Positions 37,584-39,448 of a DNA stretch of 39,448 bases are shown piece by piece. A program made the translations under genes and the position numbers. Origin of the DNA: Chiloscyllium plagiosum (taxonomy: Eukaryota); assembly GCF_004010195.1 (NCBI RefSeq), contig NC_057718.1:58165475-58204922 (forward strand), read 5' to 3'. Numbering within the stretch: the stretch's first letter is position 1; every line of letters starts with the position of its first letter. The notes beneath the pieces were generated by a model. That model did not search any database and was not told the origin of the DNA. It saw nothing but the letters and a program-made list of their open reading frames with translations.

Positions 37584-37703
37584 CTTGTCCTTGGGATGTA
37601 GTTGATGCTGGCAAGATTACATCTCCCTGCTTACTGTGTCAAGGTAGTGGTGGGCCAATTTCATGATCCTCTGCTGATTATGATTCCAAATAGTATAATG
37701 TAA

Positions 37704-37795
37704 GAATCATAGAATCCCTACAGTGTGGAAGCAGGCCATTCATTCCATCGAGTCCACACTGACCATTTGAAGAGCATCCCACCCAGACCCACCCC
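37704..37795 (-). mobile_element. HE1-type SINE tail, truncated next to the following CR1
   Basis: AGAATCATAGAATCCCTACAGTGTGGAAGCAGGCC...CCACCCAGACCC, homologous to 16855-16940. Confidence 0.75.
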
Positions 37796-38227
37796 ATTGC
37801 CCACAACTAATAAATACTCACTGTTTCACCACCAACGGTCATTTGAGTGGGAGCAGCGGCCGAGTTGAGGTGAACCCGGGAGACTACAGCTAGGGTAAGA
37901 GCTTTTTTCAAAATTACTTACCTGTAGCGGGCATCGGTGTTTTGTTTTCTCTCTCCTTCACAGAAAGAGCGGGAGCAGCAGAGGAAGTGACGGCAAGCAG
38001 AGGGGCAGCCGAGACCCGGAAGCAGTTAATGTAAGCTTAGCTGGGTTAGTTTTTTCCCCCTTTAAAAGCGTGAAGGAGAGGAACCCGAGGCACTACACGG
38101 GTAGTGCCTCCCACCCGCCCTCCTCCTCTAACCTAATAATAACATCTGTTGTGGCAAGCAGGTAAGTGCTGAATTTTGCTTGTATTATTTAGACACAGTT
38201 TTTGTTTAAACAGTTAGCTTTAGAGGG

Positions 38228-39153
38228 ATGGCAGTGAAGGCAGTGCAATGTTCCTCCTGCAACATGTATGAGGTGAGGGATGCCATCGACGTCCCTGCCG
38301 ATTACACTTGCAGGAAGTGCACCCATCTCCAGCTCCTCCAAGACCGTGTTAGGGAACTGGAGCTGGAGTTGGATGAACTTCGGATCATTCGGGAGGCAGA
38401 GGGGGTCATAGATCAGAGTTACAGGGAAGTAGTAACTCCAAAGATGGCAGATAGATGGGTGACAGTGAGGGGGACTGGGAGGAAGCAGCCAGTGCAGGGA
38501 CCCCCTGCGGCCATTCCCCTCAAGAACAAGTATACCGTTTTGGATACTTGTGGGGGGGATGACTTACCAGGGGTAAGTAACGGGGCTCAGGTCTCTGGCA
38601 CGGAGCCTGTCCCCGTTACTCAGAAGGGAAGGGTGAAGAAGAGCAGAGCAGTAGTAATTGGGGACTCGAAAGTTCGGGGCACAGATAGGCGGTTTGTGGG
38701 AACGAGAGAGACTCACGATTGGTATGTTGCCTCCCAGGTGCAAGGGTACGTGATGTCACTGATCGTGTTTTCCGGGTCCTGGAGGGGGAGGGGGAGCAAC
38801 CCGAAGTCGTGGTCCACATTGGCACCAACGACATAGGTAGGAGGAGTGCAGAGGATGTTAGACAGGCTTTCAGGGAGCTAGGTTGGAAGCTCAGAGTTAG
38901 AACGAACAGAGTTGTTGTCTCTGGTTTGTTACCCGTGCCACGTGATAGAGATTCGAGGAATAGGGAAAGAGAACACTTAAATGCGTGGCTACAGGGATGG
39001 TGCAGGAGGGAGGGATTCCAGTTTTTGGATAACTGGGGTTCTCTCTGGGGACGGTGGGACCACTATAAACAGGATGGTCTACACCTGAACCTAAGGGGCA
39101 CCAGTATCCTTGTTGGGAGGTTTGCTAGTGCTCTTGGGGGAGGTTTAAACTAA
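38228..39153 (+). pseudogene. CR1 ORF1 (CxxC..CxxC zinc finger, leucine zipper, SGNH esterase-like domain) with one frameshift
   Basis: CSSC...CRKC, LQDRVRELELELDEL, VIGDS, VVVHIGTND and DGLHLN. A 1-nt deletion at the T run 38693-38695 separates ORFs 38228..38836 and 38719..39153. Confidence 0.92.
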
Positions 39154-39155
39154 CT

Positions 39156-39448
39156 CTGCAGGGGCATGGGAACCCAGATTATAGCTTCAGGGGGCAGGGC
39201 CTGGAGTGTAGGGAGGTTAGGAACATGGCATAAATTTCCAAGGAGGGTGTCTGTAAACAGGAAAGTGGCTTGAAGTGTGTATACTTCAATGCAAGAAGTA
39301 TACGAAATAAGGTAGGTGAACTTGCAGCGTGGGTTGGTACCTGGGACTTCGATGTTGTGGCTATTACGGAGACATGGCTAGAACAGGGACAGGATTGGCT
39401 GGTGCAGGTTCCGGGATTTAAATGTTTTAGTAGGGTCAGAAGTGGGGG
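39156..39448 (+). pseudogene. CR1 ORF2 N-terminus (APE-type endonuclease), truncated by the window end
   Basis: The frame from 39270 reads LKCVYFNARSIRNKVGELAAWVGTWDFDVVAITETWL. There is an in-frame ATG at 39225 followed by TAA at 39231-39233. Confidence 0.88.

Larger units (their letters stand above)
37830..39448 (+). mobile_element. 5' portion of a young, possibly full-length CR1 LINE (5' UTR, ORF1, start of ORF2), continuing beyond the window
   Basis: CpG-retaining UTR followed by ORF1 and the APE endonuclease start in canonical order. The 5' boundary is approximate. Confidence 0.9.

Overview
This is repeat-rich eukaryotic, non-coding DNA (intronic or intergenic). It is almost certainly from a shark or other cartilaginous fish, judged by HE1/V-SINEs, the CR1 families and Penelope-type termini. 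No host protein-coding gene can be supported. Bases 1-~8210 are a 28-bp tandem satellite (CTCCACAGCACAGTGTGTTTATGCAGGG) containing a 500-N scaffold gap, and its long ORFs are artefacts of a stop-free unit. The rest is a layered transposon graveyard: many CR1 LINE fragments (several nested), tRNA-derived SINEs, an L1/Tx1-like fragment interrupted by a 562-bp hAT element with a perfect 8-bp TSD, possible solo LTRs, and the 5' end of a young CR1 (ORF1 zinc finger plus SGNH esterase, start of the ORF2 endonuclease). The most interesting signals are (i) minimal hammerhead-ribozyme motifs inside palindromic Penelope-derived termini (8352-8393, 22678-22713), (ii) a ~360-bp near-identical inverted duplication bracketing a 1.27-kb spacer, and (iii) a structured CR1 5' UTR rich in splice sites. 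I found no convincing wholly new biological system. Family names come from pattern recognition, not database searches.
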